A stretch of DNA of 64,000 nt from an uncultured Planctomycetaceae bacterium (GTDB lineage: Bacteria > Planctomycetota > Planctomycetia > Isosphaerales > Isosphaeraceae), in contig CAWIAD010000001.1 of NCBI GenBank assembly GCA_963833985.1, positions 384,001 to 448,000 on the forward strand, read 5' to 3'. Position 1 is the first letter of the stretch; each line of letters begins with the position of its first letter. The notes under the pieces were generated by a model that did not search any database, was not told the origin of the DNA, and saw nothing but the letters and a program-made list of their open reading frames with translations. Of the stretch, positions 32,144 through 41,415 are shown in pieces. The translations under genes and the position numbers were made by a program.

Positions 32144-34159
32144 TCACCAGAGCTGAAGGGAACTGGGGCTGCTCCAGACCAGCCCGAGCGGCCGGTCCGC
32201 CCGGCGATAACCCGCACGCGGCTCCAGGACCGTGTCGTAATAGCGGTCCTGGCCATCCTGCCGGCGGAACTCGAAAAGCGGCAGGGTACCCGGCAGCGCC
32301 CGGCCGGCGCCCGGAGCGAGCACATAGAACAGGGGCGCAGCACCCGGTTCTATCCCCTGCACGCCGGTTTGACCAGCCGACTTTGCGGCCAGTACCGATC
32401 GGCCCGATACCGGGTCCCGCTCTTCGAAAACCGCCAGCGCCGCCAGACCAGGACGTTCGGGAGCGAAGAACGCAAGTGTCCGCGGCGTACCCATCCCCAC
32501 GCCGGCTGAAGAGGGCCTCAGCCGGGTCTCGCCCTGGCCCTCCTGGAGGCGGTACACGGGAACCGGTAAGGCCAGCCGTGGGTCGGACAGGTCCAGCTGG
32601 TACATCAACTGGTTGTAATCGTAACGCGGGGTCGGATCCTTGTTGCCCGAGAAGGTCGCCGTGTAGGTCCCCTCGAAGTGGATGATCTTGCCCCCATCCT
32701 GGTCGAACAGGACGTGATGCTTCGGGTTGTAGAAACTGTAGTCGTCGTGGGTGACGATCTTGCGCGCGTACACCCACGGTCCCAGCGGGGTATCCGCCTC
32801 GGCGAACCAGACCTCGCCCAGGAACGAGCTGCCCATCGTCTCGACCGCGATCAGGACCCAGCGCCGGCGGTACTCATTCCAGGCCACGGTCCCGCCGTGG
32901 GCCAGCACGGGCTTGCCGGACTGCACGTCGCGCAGGCTCAGCAGCAGCTCTCCGGGCTTGAGCCGTCCGGCCTTGATCAACGTCTCTTGCTGCTGCTGGG
33001 AAACTAGCTGGGTCCGCGCCTTCCAGCCATAACGCGGGCGGCCGTCGGCCAGACGATCCACCTGTTGCTGGTCGCGCCGGGTTCCCGGTGCCAGGCAGGT
33101 GAAGGCCTCCCAGGCGTCGGGGTTCGCCAGGGAATCGGGGTCCGCCGGAACACGCACGAGCGGGAAGGGACTGCAATAATAGATGTAGTCGCGGTTGCCG
33201 TCGCGATGGAGGAAGGTGTGCCCGCCGGGGTGCTCGCCAGGAAATGCGGCCGCATCGATGGGAAACTCGGCGCGCTTTTGAAATCGTCGCGAGCGCGGGT
33301 CGAATTCCACCAGCCCACGCTGGTAGAGATCGAGCGGGGGACGGATCTTGGCGTAGCACGCGAACATGCGTTCCTGGCCCTGGCGATCGCGCAGGACCGC
33401 CAGCCCCGTCACCCAGGTGGGGCCGGGACCAGGCATCTCGCAGGTGGGACGGGCGAATCCGTTCTGGTCCAGGAAGTAGCTCAGGTTCACGCCGAGGGCC
33501 GGGTCCAGCCCGCCCTTGCCGGGAAGCTCGGAGGTCGCGCCGGGCGTGTGGAAGTTGCCCAGCGGATAGCCGGGCCGGTTCGTATCGCCCCAGAACCAGA
33601 AGACCTTGCCCTGGTAGAGCGCGGTCAGCACGCTGTCCTGGCCCAGCACCTGGCCGTTCAGAAGCGGCTCGGCAATCGGGACCCGGGCGCCGGTGAGCAG
33701 GCTATCGCGATAGATGCCCGCCCCGGTGACGCGGTAGAGCCGCCGCGCGATGTTCAAGCGATCGATGGTGATCCGCGCAGTCCCTCCGGGGTGCGTCTCG
33801 AGCGCCAGCCCGCGATAGCCGAAGCCGTCCCTGGGGTACTCGTAGCCATGGCTCTTGACGTGGAAGAAGACCTTGCGGCCCAGCAGCCCTGGCTCGTCGA
33901 ATGCGACGATGCCGTTGCTGTCGGTCACGTAGCGAACCTGGTGCACCGTGCGCAGCTCGACCAGCGGCACGCCCCTGCCGGTTTCGCGATCGACGACCTC
34001 GATGCGGAACGGCCGCAGCTCCGCGGCCGGCGGTTTCGGATCCTCGGCCCCGGCGGCGGGCCGCGGGGCCGCCATGGCAGTCAGTATGAGCAACAACCCA
34101 GGGATGGCTCTGACCGGGGGTGTCACGCGACCTCCTTGCCCTGCAACGCGGCCGCTCAC
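32144..34159 (-). CDS. Secreted hypothetical protein, probably a beta-propeller (DUF4185-like)
   Basis: Signal peptide; GRGVPLVEL..TDSNG, FWFWGDTN and YSFYNPKHH..FEGTY. Confidence 0.75.
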   Translation of the reverse strand: MSGRVAGQGGRVTPPVRAIPGLLLILTAMAAPRPAAGAEDPKPPAAELRPFRIEVVDRETGRGVPLVELRTVHQVRYVTDSNGIVAFDEPGLLGRKVFFHVKSHGYEYPRDGFGYRGLALETHPGGTARITIDRLNIARRLYRVTGAGIYRDSLLTGARVPIAEPLLNGQVLGQDSVLTALYQGKVFWFWGDTNRPGYPLGNFHTPGATSELPGKGGLDPALGVNLSYFLDQNGFARPTCEMPGPGPTWVTGLAVLRDRQGQERMFACYAKIRPPLDLYQRGLVEFDPRSRRFQKRAEFPIDAAAFPGEHPGGHTFLHRDGNRDYIYYCSPFPLVRVPADPDSLANPDAWEAFTCLAPGTRRDQQQVDRLADGRPRYGWKARTQLVSQQQQETLIKAGRLKPGELLLSLRDVQSGKPVLAHGGTVAWNEYRRRWVLIAVETMGSSFLGEVWFAEADTPLGPWVYARKIVTHDDYSFYNPKHHVLFDQDGGKIIHFEGTYTATFSGNKDPTPRYDYNQLMYQLDLSDPRLALPVPVYRLQEGQGETRLRPSSAGVGMGTPRTLAFFAPERPGLAALAVFEERDPVSGRSVLAAKSAGQTGVQGIEPGAAPLFYVLAPGAGRALPGTLPLFEFRRQDGQDRYYDTVLEPRAGYRRADRPLGLVWSSPSSLQLW

Positions 34160-36228
34160 GGACTGGAATCCCGGGAGCGCGAGCGGGGCGGATCAAAGGG
34201 CAGGCCACCAGGCTCGTCGTCGTTCTCGTCGAAAGGGTCGATCTCGTGCAGCAGCTCGGCATGCTCGTAGAGCGCCGGATCGATCTCGCTGAGGAACCGG
34301 CTCCTGGTGGCGAAGACCATGGGGCCATTGGCCCCCCGAGTGATGGTGGAAGGATAGCTGAGAGTCAGCTCGTTCCTGGACCGGCTCACGGCCACATAGA
34401 AGATGCGCCGTTCTTCCTCATCGCCGCCCGGCTCCTCGAGTGCCCGGCGGTGCGGGAAGCTCTCCTCGACGAGCCGGATGACGAAGACGTGCGACCATTC
34501 CAGCCCCTTGGCCTGATGCACGGTGCTCAGCACCAGCAGCTCGCCGGGCTCGGCAGCCTCCACGCTGTCCATGCCGTAGACGTCGCCGGCCAGCAAGAGC
34601 TCGGCCAGCAGCCGCTCCAGGCTCTCGTAGCGCGCGGCCAGGACGGCAAACTGCTCGAGATCGGCCAGCCGGTTCTCCGGGTGGTCGTACTTTTGCCGCA
34701 GCATCGCCGGGTAGCCGCCCCGGAACACCGCCTGGATCGCCGCCGCCGGGTTCCGCTGGGGATCGGCGGCCCGAAGCTGCCGCAGATCGCTCACGAACCC
34801 GGCGAAAAAGCCCTTGCTGCGCGCTGGAACGACGGCCATGGTGGCGGACGACGCAACGGCCTCGAGCGGGTCGGCCGCCCGGCCCACCTGCTGGTAAACG
34901 GCCGCGGCCGTGGCCGCACCGATGCCGGGCAAGAGCAGCAGGACCCGCCGCCATGAGGCCTCGTCACGCGCGTTCTGCACGATCCGCAGATACGCGAGCA
35001 CGTCCTTGATGTGCGCCTGTTCAAAGAACCGCAACCCGCTGCGCACCGTGTAGGGGATGCCCCGCCTCAGGAGCTCGCCCTGCAACAGCACGCTGTCGTA
35101 GTGGTTGCGATAGAGCACAGCCATCTCGTTCAAGGGAACGTCCCGCTCGCGGGCGTCGAGGATCTGCTGGCAGACCAGCTCGGCCTCCTCGTAGCCGTCC
35201 GCCGCGGCTGCGACCAGCGGGCGCAGGCCGTCGCCGCGAGCCGAGACAAGGTCCTTGGGAAAGCCGGTGCGGTTGTGCCGGATGGACGCGGCCGTGAAGG
35301 CCACGATCTGCGGCGTCGACCGGTAATTCACGTCCAGCCGGAAGGTGCGTGTGCCGGGATGGCGGTCAGGGAACCGCAGGATGTTGTCGTAGTTCGCTCC
35401 CCGGAAGCGGTAGATCGACTGGGCGTCGTCACCCACGGCGGTGAGGTTGTCCGCTCCGGCCCCGACGATGGTCTCGACAATCTCGACCTGGAGCGCGTTG
35501 GTGTCTTGCATCTCGTCGATCAGGACGTGCCGGAATTGACTGGCCTGGAAATCGAGCTGATCGGGGAACTCGCGCAAGAGGCGCAGCCACTGGATCAACA
35601 GGTCGTCGTAGTCCAGCGAGTTGGCCGCCTGCTTCCTCTGCTGGTAAGCCAGGGCGACCGCCTCGATCCGCGGCAGCCATGGCACGCGCTCGGGCGACTG
35701 CATCGCGACGACCTCGCCCAGCGGCGTGCGGGTATTCAGGCTGAAGCTGATCAGGTGCTCGATCTCGGCAGGCCTGGGCGCCAGTCGCTCCCGGGACGCA
35801 AACCCTGCGTCATCCATCGCCAGGCGCATCAGGTCAAGCTGGTCCTCGCTGTCCAGAATCGTGAAGTTCGGCTCGTAGCCGAGCAGCCTGGCCGGCCGGC
35901 GCAGCAAGCGGTTGCCGGCGTGATGAAAGGTGCCGGCCCAGATCTTTTTGGCGTCGCCCCCGATCAGACTTTCCAGCCTGTGCGTCATCTCGCGTGCCGC
36001 GCGGCGGGTGAAGGTGACCAGCAAGATCGATTCAGCCGGCACTCCGCGGGCGATCAGGTACGCCACCCGGTACGTGATCACGCGCGTCTTGCCCGATCCC
36101 GGCCCGGCCAGGACCAGGTTGTACCCGTCAGGCGCTGTGACCGCGGCGCGCTGCGAGTCGTTCAGATCCTCGTGCATGTGCTGCTGGAGCCGTGCCGGCA
36201 ATGAGTGCCTGAGGACGATCTTGCGCAT
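34156..36228 (-). CDS. UvrD/PcrA/Rep ATP-dependent DNA helicase
   Basis: AGPGSGKT, DEMQD, VGDDAQSIYRFRGA, NYRST, STVHQAKGLEW and EERRIFYVAVSR. Confidence 0.95.
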   Translation of the reverse strand: MRKIVLRHSLPARLQQHMHEDLNDSQRAAVTAPDGYNLVLAGPGSGKTRVITYRVAYLIARGVPAESILLVTFTRRAAREMTHRLESLIGGDAKKIWAGTFHHAGNRLLRRPARLLGYEPNFTILDSEDQLDLMRLAMDDAGFASRERLAPRPAEIEHLISFSLNTRTPLGEVVAMQSPERVPWLPRIEAVALAYQQRKQAANSLDYDDLLIQWLRLLREFPDQLDFQASQFRHVLIDEMQDTNALQVEIVETIVGAGADNLTAVGDDAQSIYRFRGANYDNILRFPDRHPGTRTFRLDVNYRSTPQIVAFTAASIRHNRTGFPKDLVSARGDGLRPLVAAAADGYEEAELVCQQILDARERDVPLNEMAVLYRNHYDSVLLQGELLRRGIPYTVRSGLRFFEQAHIKDVLAYLRIVQNARDEASWRRVLLLLPGIGAATAAAVYQQVGRAADPLEAVASSATMAVVPARSKGFFAGFVSDLRQLRAADPQRNPAAAIQAVFRGGYPAMLRQKYDHPENRLADLEQFAVLAARYESLERLLAELLLAGDVYGMDSVEAAEPGELLVLSTVHQAKGLEWSHVFVIRLVEESFPHRRALEEPGGDEEERRIFYVAVSRSRNELTLSYPSTITRGANGPMVFATRSRFLSEIDPALYEHAELLHEIDPFDENDDEPGGLPFDPPRSRSRDSSP

Positions 36229-36414
36229 GCATTTTCCCGGGGGTAATGCCGGTTGCTCTCTGCCACGTGACCACGCGATTGTACCAGTTCGATCCGGGTT
36301 TCTCACTCGGAGCAGGCCAAGAACCAGGGCCGTTTCTTATGCTGCCGTCCATTCCTTCTCAGTTTCCGTTGCGACGGTCCGGCACCGTTTCATAACGGCC
36401 CTGGCGAGCCGATT

Positions 36415-36446
36415 GTGAGGTGCGTCCGGCGCAGCGACGACGCACC
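36415..36446 (+). repeat. Single REP unit (same family as 46757)
   Basis: GTGAGGTGCGTCCGGCGCAGCGACGACGCACC versus GTAGGGTGTGCCCAGCGCAGCGACGACGCACC. Confidence 0.75.
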
Positions 36447-36480
36447 GGTACCAGGCCTTGCCAGCGCCGCCACAACTGCG

Positions 36481-36567
36481 GGTAAGAAGCCGCTCAGCCG
36501 GCAGGCGATACGCAAGTTCGCTGACTATTTCCGAGTGGACGTGAGCGTTCTTGCCGCATACTTTTGA
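36481..36567 (+). pseudogene. 3' remnant of a HigA-like HTH antitoxin gene
   Basis: Translates GKKPLSRQAIRKFADYFRVDVSVLAAYF*, resembling the end of an Xre/HigA HTH; no start or N-terminal part. Confidence 0.55.
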
Positions 36568-36694
36568 TGCCGACTCGAAGGCGTAGCGAGAACCTGAAGG
36601 GAACAGAGCGAGGAAAACGTCGACCGGCGGCCAGGCCAGCTCTCCCGGTCCAGCAACCGCAGGCAGAGGGTCACGACGCAATTCGTGAACAATT

Positions 36695-37821
36695 CTACGG
36701 TAAGCAGGTCGCGCCGATACCGAGACCCTCATGGACTCGCTGGTCGCGGCGTCGCCATATCGCGATCGAAGGCCACCCCATCGAACGGGACGACGATGAT
36801 CTTGCTGCCATGCGCGTCGTTCCCCCGCTCTTGATCCTTCGGGACGTCGAGGACCGCGAAGGTGAAATGAGTCGCGTGTCCATTCTTCAAGGAGCACTCC
36901 GGGACGCTCCATCTTCTCCCAGTGGTTCACCGTCCCGTCCGAATAGCGCACAAAATCGGTCGTCGGATCATAGGCCAGTCCCCGGAACGTCCAGCCGCTC
37001 TTGCCGTCGGTGGACGTCAGGTGGTACGCCTTCCGGGCACTCCAGCTATTGACCACGATGTGATAGAGCCCCCCACTGAACCAGATCACCGGGTCTTCCA
37101 GGTTGCGCTGGGGCAGGTTGCGAATTCCCGGGTAGATGCTCGGACCCTGGACCGTGTAGGGCCCGAGGATGCCATCCTTGCTGATAAGGATGGCGCCGGA
37201 GCGAGGTACGATCATGAAGTCACCATCCGGGCGCACCATGATGCTCACGTTGGACATGGCTCCGCCCCGGCGGAAGGCGTTGGCTGCGACCTTGATCGAG
37301 CCGAGAGCCTGCCACGGTCCGTCCGGGGACGTCGAGACGAACACATCGCCGGGCCGCGTCTCGCTCACGACGACGGCGTAGCGTCCGTCGGGCAGCAGAA
37401 GCGCCGTCACGTTGTGGCCCTTGCCACCCTGGTTGTCCGGCCAGCAGAGCCCCTTGTCGGCGTAGGGCCCGATCACCTGATCGCTGACCGCGTGCACCGC
37501 CAGCGAGCCGAACCAGCCGTTATGGCCTTTCGCCTGGTCCCATCGGCTGGCGAAGAGGTGGTACCGGCCTTCGGGTCCCTTGAGGATCTGTCCGTCCCAG
37601 TAACACCACCGCTTCATCGAGGTGTCTTCCAGGCCGTTCTGCGGATCGCGCGGCAAAACGCCCGGCGCACCCCAGACGTCCGAACTGAGACGCCCGCGGA
37701 TCGGCATCGGCAGGAAATAATCGATCAAGGTCTTTTCGACGGCAGGCTTCGGACGGTCCTGAGCCGTGGCGGGCAGGCCGCCCAGGCAGGCGATTGTGCA
37801 CATCAGAAGGAAAGGCCACAC
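36695..37821 (-). CDS. Secreted glycoside hydrolase (GH43-like five-bladed propeller), frameshifted near 36885; end approximate
   Basis: YWDGQI, YHLFASRW, GHNVT, EDPVIW and KMERPGV; the C-terminus is garbled by indels. Confidence 0.75.
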
Positions 37822-38159
37822 AGTGAACTCCTGTTACGAGGGACCCGGTCCGGCTGGCACGACGCCCGTGCGTGTCAGGACCGGCCGCAGGGGCGGACCC
37901 CCGCTTCGTTGAACATGATGACATCTCTCACGAATCTGGCATCTGCACTGACAGTTCAGGGCCAACCTCGAGTCACGCTCCAGGGCGGCGCTGACTGTGG
38001 ACTTGATGGTGATCGGCCCGGTCTCGCTCTTGATCGCGCCCGTACAGTCTTGGCGTCGAAACTTTGAGGGTCAAGCGGGTCTCAATCCTCGATCCAACTC
38101 TCCCGAACGGAGCGCGATGTCCAGGCGCTCGGAGCAGATCGGGAGCAACTCGGCGGCAA

Positions 38160-38265
38160 CTAAATAGATCCTCGCCTCTTGGAATGTGGGCCAGCCGCCC
38201 TCGGCTGGCTCAGGACGGCCGAGGGCGGCCGTTCCACACTTTCCCTCTTACGGGGAGCTATTTAG
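38160..38265. mobile_element. 106-bp MITE-like element carrying a REP doublet
   Basis: Terminal IR CTAAATAGATCCTCG versus the reverse complement CTAAATAGCTCCCCG (13/15). Internal palindromic doublet GTGGGCCAGCCGCCCTCGGCTG..CGGCCGAGGGCGGCCGTTCCAC. Confidence 0.7.
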
Positions 38266-38447
38266 GGGCCAGCCACACCCGAGCTTTGGGCGGCCCCTTC
38301 GTACTCCATCGTACTCTAGCTTATGGTGGCGGGAGGCACACGCGAGCGGGCTGAACTGGCCAGAGAAGATTCGCCTGGTTTTGGCAGGACGTGGTTACCT
38401 GCGGTAAGCTGTTCAAGAGGCGAGACACACTGGAGCCGAGGCCGACC

Positions 38448-38732
38448 ATGACCGTCAACATCGAACTGAGACCCGAAGAGGAACGAGCCCTTCTTGAACG
38501 GGCTCGGAAGAGCGGCCGCGACGTGACTCAGTACGTTCACCAGGTATTGGCAGAGCATCTCCGCTCCGGCCAGGGCTTTGAGGCCCACTCCCGGACGTTC
38601 GACGAGATCCTGACCCAGGTCCGCGATGGGTGGCAACAGGCCGGGATGAGCCCAGAGGAAATCACCGAGTTGTTCGAGGAGACCGGGGACGAGGTTCGCA
38701 AAGAGCGACGGGCGCGCGAGGAGACCCCGTGA
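38448..38732 (+). CDS. Small RHH/CopG-like protein, putative orphan antitoxin
   Basis: MTVNIELRPEEERALLERARKSG.DV..YV strand-helix-helix pattern followed by an acidic helix; GGAG RBS. Confidence 0.65.
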   Translation: MTVNIELRPEEERALLERARKSGRDVTQYVHQVLAEHLRSGQGFEAHSRTFDEILTQVRDGWQQAGMSPEEITELFEETGDEVRKERRAREETP

Positions 38733-38934
38733 GCCAGGGAGGCCTTCCCGGCGGATCCGACCGTGCCAACCCCCCTCTCTGGCATCCCAGAACGCGGGTG
38801 GCGTTCCGTGACCCGTTGAAGGTCACAGCGACCCGCCGAAAATCAGGCCGGGCATACCGGCACACCTGCTTGACGGCTCGCACTTTGCGCCGCAAAGTAA
38901 ATGGCTCACAAAACGGTTCCTCGGTGAGGGCGAT

Positions 38935-39766
38935 GTGATGGAGAGTGGGCCAGTCGGCGGGGCTTCACGCGAGCCGGGCATCAAGAGGGCTTTCTCCGAG
39001 CTTGATCGGCTGTTACGCGGCGAAGCGACACGGGCGGCAGAGTTGCAGCGCGGGGCCATCGGCGTCGATCCCCTGCGGCTGTCGCTCGATTCGATCGCAC
39101 TGAGTATGGTTTACGGGGCCTGCATGGGAAGTTTTGCCCTGTTCTCGACCCGTAACGTCAGAGTTCTTCAGGTCGCGGCAAGCTTGGTCAAGGTCCCGGC
39201 GTTATTCTTCCGGACCTTGCTGGTGACGTTGCCGTCCTTGTACGTCTTCAACGCGCTCGTGGGATCGCGACTCAGCTTCGCCGCGGTGGTGCGGCTGCTG
39301 GTGGCCACGACGGCCGTGATCACGGCGGTGCTGGCCTCGCTGGGACCGATCGTCGTGTTCTTCTCGGTGAGTACAACGAGCTATCCTTTCATCCTCCTGT
39401 TCAACGTGGCCACCTTCGCGGTCTCGGGCGTTCTGGGAATGCTCCTCCTGCTTCAGACCCTGCACCGGCTGACGTCTTCCGCAGCGGCCCCTGCTGCCAG
39501 TGCAGGATCCGAGCCCCGCGCTGAGCGAGCGTGAGCCCGCAGGCCCACTCGACCCGATCGACGATCGCGCCCTGAGCCGGCACGTGAGGACGATCTTCCG
39601 TATCTGGATCTTCGTGATCGGGGTGGTGGGGGCTCAGATGGGCTGGGTGCTCCGGCCGTTCGTGGGCAACCCCATGGCGCCGGTCCAGTTCTTCCGCGAG
39701 GAGAGCTGGAGCAACGCCTACGTCGTTGTCATCGAGATGCTCTGGAACGCGGCCACGGGTCGATAG
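38935..39766 (+). CDS. Multi-pass membrane hypothetical protein, frameshift at ~39500
   Basis: KVPALF..TLPSLYVFNAL.GS and W..V.GVVGAQMGWVLRPFVG.P split across two ORFs. Confidence 0.75.
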
Positions 39767-39926
39767 CTGGCCGCTCGACTCCAGCTCCGTTGCAGCCACC
39801 AGGTCCTTCAGAACCAAGGGCCGATGCCGCCAGGAGTCCGGGGCGATGCGCCGGGCATGCCGCGACCACGAAGCACTTGCCGCAGGCCACGCGAGGTGAG
39901 AGATTATCCACTACGGAGGTGAACCC

Positions 39927-40724
39927 ATGGCGAATCGACGAGAAATCTTGGCGGCGGCCGCAGGCGGGCTGGGGCTGCACTCACTGGGCGGACGGGTCGA
40001 GGCCGCGCCGCAAACACCGATGGGCCACAACCGGCGCGACCTCATCGAGCTGCGCCGTTATGCGGTCAAGGACGAGGCTCAGAAGCAGGGCCTGGTGGCA
40101 TTTTTTCGAGACGCCGCCATCCCCGCGCTGAATCGGATCGGGATCACGCCCGTCGGCGTCTTTCATCCCGAGAAGGACCTCAGCCCGGTCTACGTCCTGC
40201 TGCGGCACGCCACCATGGAGTCACTGGTGGCTTGCAACCACAAGCTCCTGGGCAACGAGGAATTACTCAGCAAGGGGTCCGAGTTTTTGAACGCGACCGC
40301 CGACAAGCCAGCCTACCAGCGCATGGAAAGCGCGCTGCTCCTGGCGTTCAAGGGAATGCCCACGCTGGACACGCCGGTGAAGAGCCCCGGACGGGTGCTC
40401 CAGTTGAGAATCTACGAGAGTCCCAGCGAGCGGACGGGCCAGAAGAAGATCGAGATGTTCAACGACGCCGGCGAGATCGCCATCTTCCGCCGCGCGGGAC
40501 TGCGCCCGGTCTTTTTCGGTGAATCGCTGGTCGGCTCGAAGATGCCAAACCTCACGTACATGCTGGCGTTCGAGAGCCCCGAGGAGCTGAAGGCGAACTG
40601 GGCCAAGTTCGTGGCCGATCCGGAATGGAAGAAGATCAGCCAGATGCCCGAGTACTCCGACAAGGCGATCATCAGCGGCATCACGAACCTGATCCTCAAG
40701 CCGGCAGAGTGCTCGCAGGTCTGA
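39927..40724 (+). CDS. Tat-exported NIPSNAP family protein
   Basis: NRREIL Tat-like motif; ELRRY, LRIYES, PNLTYML and W.KF.ADPEW. Confidence 0.88.
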   Translation: MANRREILAAAAGGLGLHSLGGRVEAAPQTPMGHNRRDLIELRRYAVKDEAQKQGLVAFFRDAAIPALNRIGITPVGVFHPEKDLSPVYVLLRHATMESLVACNHKLLGNEELLSKGSEFLNATADKPAYQRMESALLLAFKGMPTLDTPVKSPGRVLQLRIYESPSERTGQKKIEMFNDAGEIAIFRRAGLRPVFFGESLVGSKMPNLTYMLAFESPEELKANWAKFVADPEWKKISQMPEYSDKAIISGITNLILKPAECSQV

Positions 40725-40977
40725 CCCGAGCCCCGAGCCGGGAACCCGTCATGGGCGCGCGCTCCGGTGCCCCAGTGAGGTCCCCGGCCGCCCCTCCTGA
40801 ATCCGTCCACGCCGGCCGCGGGGAACTTTGTACCCTCGGCTATGCTCAGCTCCCCGCCCGTGCCGCGCGGTTCGCGGTTTCCCCGCGCCCGCGAGCCGCC
40901 GCCAGCCACCCGTGCGCACCAATGCGTGTTCATGCGCACAGAATGCCAACCCGCACACGAATCCGACGGAAAAAAGC

Positions 40978-41006
40978 TTGATCCGCTGTGCGCGGAGTTC
41001 TATAAT
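40978..41006 (+). promoter_or_regulatory. Sigma70 promoter of the feo operon
   Basis: TTGATC (40978-83), 17-bp spacer, TATAAT (41001-06). Confidence 0.8.
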
Positions 41007-41010
41007 TGCT

Positions 41011-41029
41011 ATTGAGATTCAATCTCAAT
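41011..41029. promoter_or_regulatory. Fur-like operator (perfect 9-1-9 palindrome)
   Basis: ATTGAGATT-C-AATCTCAAT, just downstream of the -10 box and upstream of iron-uptake genes. Confidence 0.8.
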
Positions 41030-41112
41030 TGAAACGCCTTCGCGGCGGTCTCCGCGATGAAGAAGTGGTGTTCAAGAACCGGCTCCGCACTTTGGAAGAG
41101 CGAGTCACAGGC

Positions 41113-41388
41113 ATGAACGCATGGGGCAAGGCGGTCAGGAAGGATGCCGACAACGAACTGATTCCGCTTTGCCGGCTGCGAGCGGGCCAGGGTGGTTGCA
41201 TTGGCCACATTGTGGGTGGTTGTGATATTGTCCACCGTCTGCGTGAAATGGGGCTTTACGACGGTGCCCAGGTTCACATGGTCCGTCCCGGAAGCCCCTG
41301 CATCATTCGTCTCAGGGGGCAACGGCTCGGCTTTCGCATGGATGACTGTGCATGCGTGATGGTACGCGTGGGTGCGATGGCTTCCTGA
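41113..41388 (+). CDS. feoA: Ferrous iron transport protein A
   Basis: HRLREMGL..G..V.MVRPGSP.IIRL.G.RL motif. Confidence 0.9.
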   Translation: MNAWGKAVRKDADNELIPLCRLRAGQGGCIGHIVGGCDIVHRLREMGLYDGAQVHMVRPGSPCIIRLRGQRLGFRMDDCACVMVRVGAMAS

Positions 41389-41415
41389 CGGACTGGAACA
41401 GCAGGCCGGGCAAGT

